Source of the DNA: Moniliella sp. 'wahieum'
Taxonomy: Eukaryota
DNA length: 64,000 bases
Assembly (NCBI GenBank): GCA_003971905.1
Contig: RSEE01000002.1
Span: 186,001-250,000 of the forward strand
Direction of reading: 5' to 3'
Both the position numbers and the translations under genes were made by a program. The notes below the pieces were generated by a model, which did no database searches, was not told where the DNA came from, and saw only the letters and a program-made list of their open reading frames with translations. Below are positions 39,601 to 52,991 of the stretch, piece by piece (positions within the stretch are counted from its first letter, which is position 1; each line of letters starts with the position of its first letter).

Positions 39601-42600
39601 TCAAGCAGAAAGCCTATTCTTCACCATGGGCCATGCGGACCAACGTGTCATACACGCCCGAGTGCTGAGCCATACGGTAAAAGAAGCCGTCCTTGTTGGC
39701 CAAGAGCCGGGCGGGCGTGTCAATCGACCACTTTGCCGGCATCCAAGAGAGGACGCGGAAAAGTGAGCAATGGTGGTGAGTCGATGCGCAATGACGAGCA
39801 TGATCTGATCCTGGAATCGGTTCCGGATCACCGTCTGGATGGCCCGGTCCGCAGCAAATCGACGCTCGCCGTCGCTTCATCCGCAATGACAATGTGGTTG
39901 TGGGAGAGGAGAGCGCGGGCCATAGCAAGCAGCTGGCGTTGGCCATGCGACAAGTTGCCCCCCGAGTCAGCCACGGGCGAGTCAAGCGTCAACATTCTAT
40001 CCTCCAGCAAGTCATGCTCATCAGGGCTAGTCGGGGCGGCGCTCTCGTCCACCGAAACAGGACCACTGGACAGAGGCGAGACGGGCTTGCTGTTGGTGGG
40101 CCACGCTAGGCCAAGGCCAACCTGAGCCAAGACGGTACGACACTCTTGATCGGTGTGATAATCAAACGGATCGAGGTTGTCGCGCACGTTGCCTTGGAAC
40201 AGGACCGGATCCTGGGGGATAAACGAGATGCGAGAGCGGAGATCGTGGAGTCCCAAGGTCCGAATGTCGATTCCGTCAATCAAAATCGCACCCTTTTCTG
40301 GGTCGACAAAGCGGAGCAAACTGCTGGCACAGGTCGACTTGCCGCTCCCCGTACGGCCCACAATGGCCACCTTCTCTCCTGGGCGAACCTCAAAGAGATA
40401 CCCTTGAAACAGGATCAAACGATTGATCGTAGCGTAGCCATACATCATCAAATTTGACCGTCGCCTTGCTACTAGGCCACGCGGCAGGCGCTTCGCCGCC
40501 CTCGATATGCTGCGGCGGCTCCTGAGGTATGTTAGGAGGGAGGTAGTTGACAACTCGTTCGATCGAAGTCAGTTCCTGTTCCAGGCCAGACCAGCCACGG
40601 GAGAGCCAGTAGCACGAAACGGTAAAGTTGACCGCTTGGGTGATGGCAATCGCTGCCATTCCAGCGGACATGGCTCCGAAAGAGCCAAGAACTGGGTCCC
40701 AACACACAACCCTCCAATCAAATCAACCCGCAGCAGAATCCACCGGTTGGTGTTCCACCAGAAGTAGTGCGCCGAAGAGAATGCATCCACGTTCTGGTAC
40801 ACTTCCTCCATCAACCGATTCTCGGCTGAGAAGGCACGGATCGTTTCGATCCCCTTGAGCGCTTCGGCATAGCCACTGAAGATGGGAGAAGGTGCACCGA
40901 CTGGAGCCGGCGCAAGTCCCGCGAACAGGCAACATAGATTTTGGACACTGTGCGGAGAGGTTAGCATGGAAACCAAATAGGAATAATAACAAAGGAGCAG
41001 AAACGTACGCGAATAGTACGCCCACATTACAGCCATCGACGGAAGCACAAACGAGGGCATGAGTACGGCCCATGTGAAAGGAAGTCAACAGTGCAAAGAC
41101 CTGTTCCAAAACACTCGAGGAGGCTTCAATTAAGCCCGAGTCGAGCGATTCCACGTCCTTTCCAAACCGATTGAGAATTTGGCCCGAGGGAGTCTTGTCC
41201 AGCCAGCGAGTGGTCGCGTGACTGACAGTATTGAGCATACGACGGAAGAGAATACGTGAGCCACGGAGTGAGGCCGTGTACAGCATCAATGTACTCCCAC
41301 TGATGCCACCGAGACCATCACTTCAATAAGGGAAAAGATGGTGATGTATGGGACGGAGGTTTCCTCGGCCGGCGGCAGCCAGCAACGCGAATGAGCCACC
41401 TGCGTCCCCAGCCGGTGGAATCGAGCATACAGCCGGAGGTGCACCTTGGCCAAAACCGGAGTCCAACCAGAGTGGTATATCGCTCCTTCCGTCATGGCCG
41501 GCACTTTCGCAGCGCTCAGTTGGGATGGGTGTCTCCCACATTGACTGCCTCCCGAAGACCAATACGAGAGCCAGACCGACTCGCTTAATTCCAACCCACT
41601 TGTCAACATCAGGGCGATGAGGACCAGGACCACCATCCACCACCCAACCGCGCGGAAGTACAGCGTACACACCGCTCTTGACTCGGCCAGCATGCACTTC
41701 CTCTTCTGCGACAATCTTGTGCGTCACTTTGCTGCCGTCCACTGGACCGATCTTGCTGCCCCCCAGAGGCGAGACCGATTTTTCTCTGGGCCTCATCCTC
41801 GCTCAGGCTGGGAGATGTCTCTCGGTTGCAAGATCAGACAAGTTGGATTTGGCCTTGCCCTTGGGCGAAGGGGTTGCACCTGAGCTGGAGTGGAGCGTAA
41901 TCGCGCCCAGCTTTAGCAGTTCCGCGGGGTTCCCGTGGCTGCAATGCTCCCCTTTTCCAATTTGACCACCCGTTGGGCATGCTGCAAGACCAAATCAATG
42001 TGGTGCGTGACGAGGAAAATGCATCGGTTGCGCATCAATGGGCCCGTCAGGCAATCGTTTACCAGTTTTTGGCCGTGTGAGAGTCCACTGCCGATAAACG
42101 TCATCCAAAGAACTGTACGCGCCTTGGAGTAGACAGCACGAGCCAAAGCCACCCGGGCCTTCTGCCCACCCGAAAAGAGATTCCTCCTTCACCAATCTCC
42201 TGCAGGTCGCCGTCGTCAAAGAACTCAATATCGGGAAGCAGCGCACATGCTTCGAGCACCGATTGGTAGCGCTCCATATCCATCGGCTCGCCAAAGAGGA
42301 TGTTGTCACGGACACTCTTCTGTTGTAGCCAGGGCTGTTGAGCACAGAAAGAAATCCCACCATTGAGTCCAGTGCTGGGATCAAATAGACCCGGTTGCTT
42401 CTCCAACATCAGTTTTCCTGATACCAAGTCCATCTCACCCAACAGGCCCGACAGAAGGCTGCTCTTTCCCGACCCCGTCGGACCCGCAACAAGAGTCAAG
42501 CCCTCGTCGACGGTCAGCGTGATGTTCTTTAGAGTGAACACACTGGTGTTGGGGCAGATGTGCTGGCCGTAGATCCACTAGAAGCGTCCTCTTCCACCGT

Positions 42601-45069
42601 GGGGGCGACTGGGACCTTACGCCAAAACATTGCTTTGGACAATATGGTACGCAAAGCCGGATACCGGCCAGGCTTGGATCCAGTCTTGGGAGGATCGTAA
42701 AACGCTGGGGCACTGTGCCAGCGGAAGGAAGCATCGATCACAGCTAGGTTGTGAACCAGTGGCGCCACACCCCTGGCTACAGGCCGATGGAGCGTACTGG
42801 TACTCTCCGATACTTCGGGGTAGTCGAGGAAGCGCTGGATGCGACCCGCCGCGACAAACATGGTAGCAGTGTGATTGAGCATCATGGGCAGCATGTTCAA
42901 CGGTCGCGAGAGCTGGCGGTACAAATTGAGGGAGACGAAGGCGATCGGGACCGTGAGCTTGTTGTGGAAGAGAAGCGTGTACGAAGCCAAGCCAACGACG
43001 GCGACCATTGCGGGAGCAATCCCGTAAATCAGGCCCATGAGGCTGCTGTACATGCAACGGACAAAGGTAAGATGAAGTTCATTGCCGCGAAGTTTGAGCA
43101 CCCGTTTGCTAAAGTTGTCCTCCCAAGCCATCAGTTTGATGAGGCGCAAGTTGCCCACGTACTCCGACAGGGCCGTCATCCGGGAGTCACGCACATTGCT
43201 CATCTTGCGGTAGGTTGCGATACACTCACTCATCACGACACAGACTGCAACGGCATAGTCAACGGAATAATAGCAAATCCCAAAAAGGCCGACCAGCCGA
43301 GCTGCAAGTATAGCAAACTGAGGCACATGATCAACTGGAGCGGGGCGCCATAGAGGAGGTGCAGCATCCCAACATAGTTGCCCATCCCGTTGCAATCCAC
43401 TGACATGAGCGATACAGCCTTGCCCACCCTTGACCATTCTGCGCCTGTTCGGCCTGCTTGGACTCGGTTTGGGTTTTCGAAGCGCTCGGGCTTCCTTCGC
43501 TTTTGATTCGCCCGACTTGGACCCCCCAGCGTTATTGGTATCTCCGGTGGCAGCCGCTACGACGCCGGCAATGTCCTTGGAGCGCATGCCTTTGGCAAAC
43601 ACAGCACTGAACAACGCACCTCGGATCCGAGCCCCTGCCCGGCGGGCCGCGTAAAGATGTAAGAGATCGGCCTGGGATGAGATCACAACCAAGCCAAAAC
43701 CCAACGCGGCAATGGCGTAGGCCGCCTCGCGACTCGTATAGGACCCGCCTTTAATGAGCGCCAGCCATACCTCGCCGCGCCCAGAGGCGGATCCGTTTTG
43801 CTACGCTGCCCAGACTCAATCCCCTCCAGCACCCGCTTGAGCACCAACGGCTGGCATAGCTGAGGGTGACACTGACCAACTGTTGGAGAGATGAGCCAAG
43901 TCAGTATTTCGGGACCAACAGGAAAAAGGGGGTGGGGAGGGTACACACCGTCAGGGAAAAGTCAATAAGCAAATCGCGTGAGTTGGTGAGCCAAATACGC
44001 TTGAGGACGCCTAACCCTTGCAATTCATTCCACTTGTGGTCCAGCACACGCGCCTTGAGGTCGACGCTGAGGCGCCAAAGATCTCGGTCTTCCACCTTGC
44101 CTTTTTGGAGGATCGAGAAGCGAGTCCAGCCAGCGGAAAGTGCACCATTGCCACAGGGTACAAAATGCCTCGGGCGAGGGATAAAGCGATGCATCGGCTT
44201 CGGGATTGGCCGGAGCAGCAAAGGCAGCATCCAAATCGGTGTATCCCATCAGCGCTTGGTATTCAGGAGTAAAGACAGCCCGGGGGAGAGTGAAAATGAC
44301 AGTGATTGCATACAGACAGAGCAGCAGGCTCGTCAGGCTCGCCCCCACGTCCCATACCGGGAAGCTCGCCAAGGTGCCCTTGGCCCACGAAGTGACGAGC
44401 AGATGGAGGCGGAGGACGGGTGCGGCGAACAGGATCAAGAGGAGCACAAGCGAGCCGTAGGGAGGGGTGGCTTGCGGGAAGAAGAGAGAGCGCCACTCAA
44501 AACATAGCCCCAGCCGGCGGAATACAGCACCAGGTTCGCCAATACGTACGAGGCGGACTGGGGCGACGTGTGGTAGCCCAGCACATAGACACAGTAGCCC
44601 AGGTAGGCAACGAGGTGGGCACAGCTGGCCACGCAGAGGCCCGTCGTAACGTAGCGAGCGGGCCAGCGGGACGGGGCGGGGCAGGAGAGGTCGGAGGAGA
44701 GCAAGGGGGTGGCTTCGTCGCCCTCGTCGCCCTCGTCAGCCTGGGTGCGATCGAGTGGGCGGCTGGACGAAGCAAGGGGAGCGGGGGGGCGCCGAGCGCC
44801 AGGGCAATGTCGTCCAAGGAGGGGCGGCAGAAAGGCTTGGTGGATGGGAGCGATGCCAGGCAGGCCCAGGACAAACCGGCGCAGGGGCGGGAGCGCCCAG
44901 AGCGCAAAGAGGAGCACCAGACTGGCGGCACGACGCCTGCCACGACAGACAGCAGCCATTGCTCGGTGCCCGGCGGCAGGGCGGGGGTGTGGAGCGCCAG
45001 CGAGGCCGAGGGGCGGAGAAGCGAGCGCGCAGGCAGCGATGCGCCCGCAGCAGCAGCGTCCAGCTCCAT
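39601..45069 (-). CDS. ABCC/MRP-family full-size ABC transporter (Ycf1/Ybt1/Bpt1-like)
   Basis: NBD1 GPTGSGKSSLL, QQPWLQQKSVRDNILFG, EIGEGGIS..GGQKARVALARAVYS; TMD2 WLDKTPSGQILNRFGKD; NBD2 GEKVAIVGRTGSGKST, NLSHGQRQLLAMARA, DEATASVD, IAHRL; N-terminal TM region; many 1-nt frameshifts. Confidence 0.95.
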
Positions 45070-45861
45070 TGCCGACTGCAGTGCAAGACGACGACGGGGG
45101 CGTTCGGGGGTGTCGGCGCGTGGATGTGTGATGTCAGTGGCCGTCGAGAGCAACACTTATAGGCCTGCTCCCCAGGACTCAGAGCTCAGAATCAGATCTC
45201 AGACCGCAGAGAGACCTTTTTGGCCAGAGCACCTCGGGTGGAGGTGGAAAGTAGCGCTGGGTGGCTCCCCCACAGGCGGGCAGGGTGCGTTGGCGCGGTG
45301 CTCCGGCGCGGACAGAAGATCGAGTGCGGCGTATAGGGAAGGAGGCGGAGCAGATCGCCTGCTGGGCATGTGCATCCACTACCGGTGTGCGCTGCCCATC
45401 AGCGGCCGGAGAAGGGTGGCAGGGCCGGCGGGAGGGCGAGCACAGATGCTCCAATGCAAGCATCCAGCCATGACGCCGGCTGCCAATGTGCCCGTCGGCC
45501 GCAACAGCCGACGGAGTGTTGCGAACGGCACGCGATCAAAAAGTCGATCATATATTCGTGCCCCGCCCCAGTGGCGCACGCACTCTGTGCTGGCTGCGAC
45601 GCCCCAGCGTGGCGAGGGGCGCGAACTGCGCAGCGTTGGGCCCGCACACGGCCACTGCCCCCTGCCCCCCGGTGCTTTTCGTGCCCAGACACGCCGGAGA
45701 ACCAGCGCACACAGGATTGCTGCCCAACTGGGTGCAGCGTATCAATACACCGCCTTATCTTCCCCAATAAGATGTCTGGCATCGTCACAGTCACTAGTCG
45801 CTGTTCATAGGGCCTTAGGCGGCAGGACCACATGGTCGCCGCAGCACCAAGTCTCGCAGAC

Positions 45862-45948
45862 CGATAATCGATAACTAGTAACTCAGCCAAGTAATCGATA
45901 ATCGATAATCAACGATCTCGACCATTGACCATCGATCATCATGCATCA
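45862..45948. repeat. Mixed TAA-TCGA / TAA-CTAG / TCA-TGCA heptamer cluster
   Basis: taa-tcga-taa-ctag-taa (45865-45881); gtaatcgataatcgataatc; atcgatcatcatgcatca. Confidence 0.85.
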
Positions 45949-46542
45949 CCAACCGCCCCCCCCCGCCAACCCTACTCCTTAGCCCTGCTCTTCCCCGCGC
46001 ACCCGTGTAACCGACCAATGCACACAACTCGCTCTGCTTACCTCCAACCCACACTGCCCCCTTTTCAGCCGAGCATCCTTCTGACCAACCAATCATCTGC
46101 ACCCGCTCCAAAGCCGTGCCCAAACAGAGAACTGGGTCAGCCACGACTAACTAGCATGAATGGATGACTTCGGCCGCGAGGCCGGGCCGTTGAACCGGAT
46201 GCCCACCACCGCCTCCACTCTCTACTACACTGACAATCATTGCCCTGTGGCCACGTCCCAAAATGAAGGCGAGCCTGGGTCGTTGTGCTCCCTTGTCGAT
46301 GTTCCCGTCTCTTCAGTTCAAACTGACCTCTATTTGTACGGGCACCATGCGTATTCTCTACGCTGACAACGGCCTGCGTGTCCCAAACTGCTTGAACTCA
46401 ATAGTGCACCTCCCCGGAAACTCCATCCCGCCGATGAATCGGTCATACTGGCACAGGCTCCAGGCTCTGCGATTCCCTATCATGCCCGTGTCACAGTCGG
46501 GGCTAAGGCGAGGGAGACCAGAATCGGGACTAGGCCAAGGGG

Positions 46543-46845
46543 TGTAGCAATCGTTCGTGGGGAAGAAGCAAGAGCAGAGGACATGATGCAAAGTGGAAGG
46601 AACAGGGAAGGAGCGAGACGCTCGAGACGAAGAAATTGGAAATGATGGGAGCGAGATCAGCCAAACTATGACAGCCCCGCTCATGGCATTATAGGGAGCA
46701 TCAAAGGCCGCATCAAGACCGTTGGCTGCACACCGTAACGAACCCAACGACGCTGCCATGCTCTGCTTCTCATCGTCCAGCGGCTATTCCCATCGCGTTC
46801 GTTTTCGCCGTGAGCACCAAAAGTTACATGTTATGTGTTAATACA
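46543..46845. mobile_element. Probable solo LTR (about 300 bp)
   Basis: TGTA...TACA termini, flanks AGGGG/AGGGA (4/5 TSD match); first ~140 bp clearly homologous to 54674-54812. Confidence 0.6.
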
Positions 46846-47189
46846 AGGGAAATCCCCCATAAGTGTGTGATGCTGCAGATGCTCCTCTCCTGGCTCGAAA
46901 GGGTGGCAGGGCTAGTCTAGGGTACCGTGGGTAGGGGGTCCGGGTGCGGACAAGACGGATGCTGCTGAGCCTGACCGGTGGTGCGCGGTTGCAGATCCCT
47001 TGTTGGAAGGATGGCGTGACACAGACAGTGCCCCAACGTCCAACAGTAGCACAGCAGTCGTTTCCTGCTTTCAGCTTCAAGCTTCGCGCTTCCTCCCCCG
47101 GATTTCAGCCATACCATTTTCCCGGGGAGGCCGCAAGCGCAGACAGGCGCAGAGCAGACACACTGTCCCATGCGGGGTACTGTGTCTTT

Positions 47190-47291
47190 CATGATGCATG
47201 ATGCGGACGCTGCATGATGCATGATGTCCCCTTTGATTAACTGATCCTGAGACCGGAAGAGGCCGTGAGCGCGTCACATGTCACACGTCAG
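47190..47291. repeat. TGA-TGCA and TCA-CATG heptamer cluster
   Basis: catgatgcatgatgc twice; tca-catg-tca-cacg-tca. Confidence 0.8.
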
Positions 47292-47911
47292 GCGCCAGGC
47301 CGGGGACACGTGGACAGAGCTTGGTAGCGGGCTCTGCGGGACAAGAAAGATGGAGCTACTTGGGGGCGGGTGGGAGTACTGAGTGGCGCCAGTCCGACTA
47401 GGCAAGCCGGACACCCGCCGCGAGCGCCGGAGCACGCAACACTGGCGCCATGGCGTGGGGCGCATCTCACGCGTTGGGCAGGCGCACCCAGGGCAGGCAA
47501 TGAGGTAAGCGTCAGACGTCAGAGCATCACGCGTCAGGCGCAGGCGCCTGCCAGGGGCCATACCAACCTCACCGATCGCAGCGCATCACCCATGCGGCAT
47601 GCATGCCACCCGCCCAGAGCGCGCCTGGGCGCCCAGCGCCTGGGCCCTGTCCAAACGGAATAGTTGCGCACGAAGGCCACGGCTCGGATCCACCGCGGCA
47701 CCAGCCCACTCTCGGGCGGCGCTGCGGCCCCTCTCTCCTGCCGTCTGGGGCCGGCATGCGGGCGCGGCGCCTGGGCAGTGGCAGGCTGCCTGTCTTCCTG
47801 GCCGCGCAGCAGCTGCTCGGGCCCAGACCCCCCAACCTGCTCCGCCTCCTCACCTCTCCCCCACCACCGCTCCGCCGGCCTTCCCCACCCCCTTCCATCG
47901 GTTCCTCCGCC

Positions 47912-49378
47912 ATGGCACCCTCTCTGAGTGTTCCCTCGCCGGCCCAGCCGCCATCCAAACCTGCTGCCAACGGCGCCGCCTCCCCCGCGCCAGCACAGCA
48001 AGACCCGCTCGCCCAGATCCTCAGTGGTCTGCAAGGTCTCCAGACCCAAGTCGCCCGCCTCCACTCGCGCATGGACCACCTTGAGGAGAGCGGCTCCTCC
48101 CCATTTCTTGCACCCCAGCGCGGCCCTTCTCCCCTCCTCCAGCTCGCCCCATGGCCTTGTTCCCGTTCGCCCTGGGTTGCTTCGATCGCAGTCGGCGAGC
48201 GGCGGCAGCTTGGGTGATTCCATGGCCCCCCACCTCTCCTTGCCTAGCACGTTGAGCCACCCCGCTCCCATCCTAGCCGCTTCGCCCAAGCTCAACCTTT
48301 GTGCGTTGTGCCTGCCGGTGGAGCGGGCACACGCCTGTGGCCCCTGAGCCGCGAAAGTTACCCCAAGTTCCTCCTGGACCTCACTGGGGCCGGGCGCACC
48401 CTGCTTCAGGGAACCTGGGACCGCCTGCTTCCCTTGGCAGGACCAAGCCACATGATGATTGTCACCGGGGCGGCTCATGCGACTGCTGTGGCCCACCAGC
48501 TTCCCGACTTGGACCCGAAAACTTGCTCACCGAGCCTTCGCCCAAAGAGAGTATGGCGGCGATTGGGCTGGCCGCTGCCGTGCTTTACCATCGCGACCCG
48601 GATGCAGTCATGGCAGCTTTGCCGCCGACCACATTGTCAGTGGTCGGGACGCGTTTGAGTCGGCAGTGCGCGAGGCAACGGCCATCGCCGAACAGGGTAC
48701 CTTGTGACCATTGGGATTGCCCCCTCGAACCCAAGCACGGGCTTTGGTACATCAAGCTCGGAGAGCCTTGGTCGGGATTGAGGGGCGCCCAACGCGCGCG
48801 TGGTGGCCGACTTTGTCGAGAAGCCCGATGCCAAGACGGCGTCCGTACCTCAAACTGGCGAGTACCGCTGGAACGGGGGCATGTTTGTGGTCAAGGCCAA
48901 GGTGCTCCTGGACCTCCTGGCTCACACCAAGCCCGAGCTGCACAAGGGCCTGCTCCAGGTTGGAGCCGCGTGGGACCAGGCGAAGAGGCCAAGCAGCTGC
49001 CTTTGCCGGGATTTGGCCCCACCTGGAAAGATTGCAATTGACCATGCGGTTGCCGAGCCGGCAGCCAAGCTGGGCAAAGTGGCCGTTGTCCCCCACCTTT
49101 GGCTGGGACGATGTTGGTGACTTTGCTTCGCTCGCGGGCCTCATCCCCGCCGAAAAGGGCGAGGCCAGGGTGCTGGGCGACACATCGGTTGGTCATCACT
49201 GAATCCCAAGCCGGTGGGATCATTGTGCCCGCTGCAGGCGGCCAATAGCGTGCCTAGGGTTGGACGATGTGGTGGTCATCGACACGCCGGACGCTCTGTT
49301 GGTCACCACCGCGCGCGCAGCCAGGATGTGAAGAAGGTTGTGGCGCGCGCGAAGAAGATGTACCCGAGCTTGGGTTAA
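47912..49378 (+). CDS. Bacterial (ManC/CpsB N-domain)-type mannose-1-phosphate guanylyltransferase with a fungal N-terminal extension; no intron evident
   Basis: VPAGGAGTRLWPLSRESYPKFLLDLTG, NLLTEPSPKESMAAIGLAAA, GSFAADH, LVTIGIAP..PSTG, FVEKPD, YRWNGGMF, KIAIDHAVAE, FGWDDVGDF, GLDDVVVIDTPDALLVT, QDVKKVV; frameshifts. Confidence 0.92.
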
Positions 49379-50945
49379 CCCCCCCCCCCCCCGCCACATT
49401 GATGGTCTACTTGCCGGTAGACGGGGACCTGTGGGCTGTCTCAAAAGTGTGCCAGTTTCCCTGTTCAACAACAATTTCCCAACTATGACGTGCCCATGGA
49501 CTTTGCCTTTCCATCGATATCTCATGTCGGTTCAGACGATCGGTCCCGTTCATCTCGATCAACTGAACCAGTGCCTCTGTCCGTTTCCACTCTGTCGCTC
49601 CTTTACCAAAGCCTGCATTCGCAAACCCAATCCTGGTCCAGTGTCTTGTTTTGTTCCTGCACTCGTATGACTAGATGACTGCTCCCAGTGGGGGGACCCA
49701 CATTCGAGCTAGGTTTTATGGGTAGTAGTAATCACCATCAATCCAATTGAGAGGAAACTGGGGGTTGGGGAGGTGGTGGTTGACACATTCTTGTAATGCA
49801 AGGAAGTTGATCGGAAAGCAGGAACAGGAGCAGGAACAGGAACAGGGGCTGCGACCTATGCTACGCCGCCAGCGTCCACTCTCAGCCACAATTCGGATAG
49901 CGAACAGCAACCGGGTGTCCATTTTCCAAACGCCGAATTAAACGCAACAAACAAGGCCCCGTCTACTGGTGCTCCACCAGTATGTTTCAAGTTTCATTGG
50001 TTCAAATGCATAGCAACTTGCCTCGCGCCGTGCCCCCAACCCCATTGCCATGGCGAGGCCTACTAGACCTTAAGCCCGAGCAGAGACACATTTTTGGTCG
50101 CCTTTTGAAGATGGCCGGGCCAAAGTCATGAATTAATGGTGCAGGTTCTGACCTGGGCTGGCTTGCTCTGGGACTTGGTATTCATCACAAATATATGAAG
50201 GTAGTGGCTAATACTAAAAGCTGTGTGGGAGCGAATAGATCGTATACTAAACAACCCGGCGTCTCTCTCGGCTTCGTGGCACTAGAGCTGAATCACCAAC
50301 TGGATTAGTCGGCTTGGTTGCGTGCTGAGAACGACTATGCACTGTGATTACATCTAGTATGTAAGCGAGATAGGGATGACCTCTCTTTTCGTATTCCTTC
50401 AAGCGGAGGAAAGAAGCGGTCAACTGACTGTCACGACGACTATGTCTCCTCTCCATCACAACTGTCGCCCGTCAAAAGAGCGTCAGTATAGGTTTGAACA
50501 TCATTTTGTACTCTCCCTCCAAAAAAACACCCACAACTACGAGTGATGTACTTGGCTATAATTTGCGTGAGATGCCGAAGAGGAAACGATCGCCCCGTAA
50601 CCAAATTAGCTGAACATTGTCACCTATGCTGGAGACGTAATAACTGTGAGGTATATTGACGCTATAACGCCTAGTCGACCAAACAAATACGAGTACCACC
50701 AATGGATGAAAATGTCTTCGTGTCCCTGTGTAGAAGTGGAGACTTTATACTGAGCGTACTGAGTGATATGAATAGAGACTCGAATAAGACCAAAATGAAA
50801 GGGGTCCAGAAGACAAGAAGACAAAAGAGAAAAGATTGGTTAAGAGAAGTGGAAGCCCCCCGTCTCACTGTGGCAGGGGTCTCTGGAGAAGCATGGTCCG
50901 AATTTCCCAGCGTTAATAGTGGGTCAAGGCGGGTTTGCCTGTAAA

Positions 50946-51925
50946 TTAAGGCGCCTTGATAGCTGGGCCATTGGTGACCGAGGCGTAGTGGCGGCAGTTG
51001 GAGCTGGCGCCAGCAGGCTGGGCCGAAGGGTGGGGTTAACGCCCTGGTACCAAGTGCTGGTTCCGTAGACACCAGGGGGGTGACCCGACTCGCCCTCGCA
51101 TTGCTCAAAGATATGATTGGAGTAGGATGCAGGCTCGTTCCAGTAGCAGCCCATCGTGTCGTAGATGTGCGGGCAAAGCGGCGTGCTGCGTTCGACTCGC
51201 CAAAGCAGGCGCGGAAGCAGTACTCGTTGTCCGAAATGAAGGATTGCCATTCGGGAAGACGCTCCCAGTTGCCTGTCCGCGCACGGCTGAACACCAGACC
51301 ACCCACAGGGTTGCCTGTGATCCGGTGGCACCGTGGGGGTCAAGCTCGCCACCCTCGTCACCACGCTGGACATTGATCTTGGTCAAGTCACCATGGCCCG
51401 TGACCTGTACAAGTGCGGTGTCTTGGGAAGTGGGCACCGTGGATAGTGCCTTCGGGAATGAGGCGAGTACCGTAGCCCGACTGAACAACAAGGACAAGAA
51501 AAAGGAAGAGAAGTTAGCAATAGTCCTACATGATCAAAAGGGATGCGTTTCGCACCTTGAGACAATAAGAAATAAGCTTCTCGACCGCACCAATGGTGCC
51601 GTCTTCGCCAGAGCGAGCCTTCCAGGGGGCCCAAAGACAGAAATCTTTCACACTGTCGCGAAAAGTGAGGTGGCATGATCAGCATATTGTACAAGGGATA
51701 AGAGCAGAGGGAGGCGTACCTGTTGATGTACGCGTTCTGGCAGTGACCCTTCTTAGTAGAGGCGCCGTAGCGTTTCGTGCAGTCATTCCAACCAAACTGA
51801 CCGCCGGCTTGGTCAACCTTGGCGGGCAGATTGCCCGGATCCTGGTACTTGTTGCCATACTGGTCTTGCCCAAGGACGGAAGCAGCACCGAGGGCAAGGA
51901 CTGAGAGAAGGTGGCACAATTGCAT
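50946..51925 (-). CDS. Secreted Cys-rich protein, basidiomycete MP88/'macrophage-activating glycoprotein'-like family
   Basis: Signal peptide MQLCHLLSVLALGAASVLG; GQFGWNDC, CQNAYIN|SVKDFCL, GTRLIPEGTIHGAH, VQVTGHGDLTKINV..GDEGGELDPHG, GNPVGGLVFS, EWQSFIS...CFRAC, CPHIYDTMGCYWNEP; two introns. Confidence 0.82.
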
Positions 51926-52473
51926 ATTGGGGGTGGCAGACAGACAAGAGAGTGTGTGGGGGTGGGCGGTTGGAAAAACGAGAGAGGAAGGTGGGGGGGA
52001 GGATACGACGGTTCACGGTATGGCTCCAGGTAATAGTTTTGCTTTAATACCATTAGTATAGAGGCCAGGCCACTAAAAGAGCGCGGTACAACACTGTCGG
52101 AGATGGGCGTGTAACCAGCGTGTTGGTGGCTCGGTGGCCACCTGGAATGTTCGGCATCGATTCTGCGTTTCACCGCGGCTCCGTAAAACAGGCGCACAGA
52201 AGACGCGCGCTGACTGGTCAGGTGCCGTGTTGAGAGGCTGGTTTGAGGTAGCGTGTGGTGGGCGGTCGGTGGCCTGTGGTGGTCGACGGGGCAGTGAGAA
52301 ACCTGAGAGCTTGAGGCTTGAAGCTGAACCACACAAGCGCTGCGATGTGTTTGAAGGGCCGGGCGCCTGCGGAGAGATGCGGTGTGCGATGTGACGACGC
52401 GTGGCAGTGTGTGACAGGTGACATGTGATATGTGACAGCAGCGCGGCGCTGTTGCAACCTGCTGGGCCTGCTG

Positions 52474-52686
52474 CAGCTTCAAAAGCTTCTTCGTCTTCAA
52501 GCTTCACCAACTCTCCACGAGCCACTCTCGTCACTAATAGTCACCAGTACCTAGCTTCAAGGGCTTCAAAAGCTTTAAGCGTGAAGAGCTGCAAAAAAGC
52601 TAGTTCAAAAGTTCGTCAAGCTAGTTCAAGAGCTCCAAGCTTCGAGATCGCCGAGCATCTGAAGCTTCAAATGGTTCCAGTTGAAG
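52474..52686. repeat. Dispersed AAGCTT/TCAAG-rich degenerate heptamer field
   Basis: Many agcttcaa / aagctt / tgaagct units upstream of the secreted-protein gene. Confidence 0.65.
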
Positions 52687-52940
52687 CTGTGTGGAAGAGC
52701 GCTCGGCTTAAAGATCTGCGAGGCGCGAGCGCAACCGGATCACAGTGGTTGGCGGGATGTGTGAGGCCTGTGAGGCGATCAATCTCTATACCACAATCAT
52801 GTACATGATCGACAGTAGGATAGCCCGCTGTAACATGTAACTGAGAAACCGGCGTGAAACGTTTACTAATATGGAGAAGACTAGAATATGCTCTGAGATG
52901 ATTTGACGCGACATCCTATAGCCCCTCTCCTCCTCTCGAA

Positions 52941-52991
52941 GCCTAAGGCCTAAGGCCTAAGGTTTGATATCTGAGATCCTGAGAGCTCTCA
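52941..52991. repeat. (TAA-GGCC)n array followed by GATC/GAGCTC units
   Basis: gcctaaggcctaaggcctaagg...ctgagatcctgagagctctca. Confidence 0.85.
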
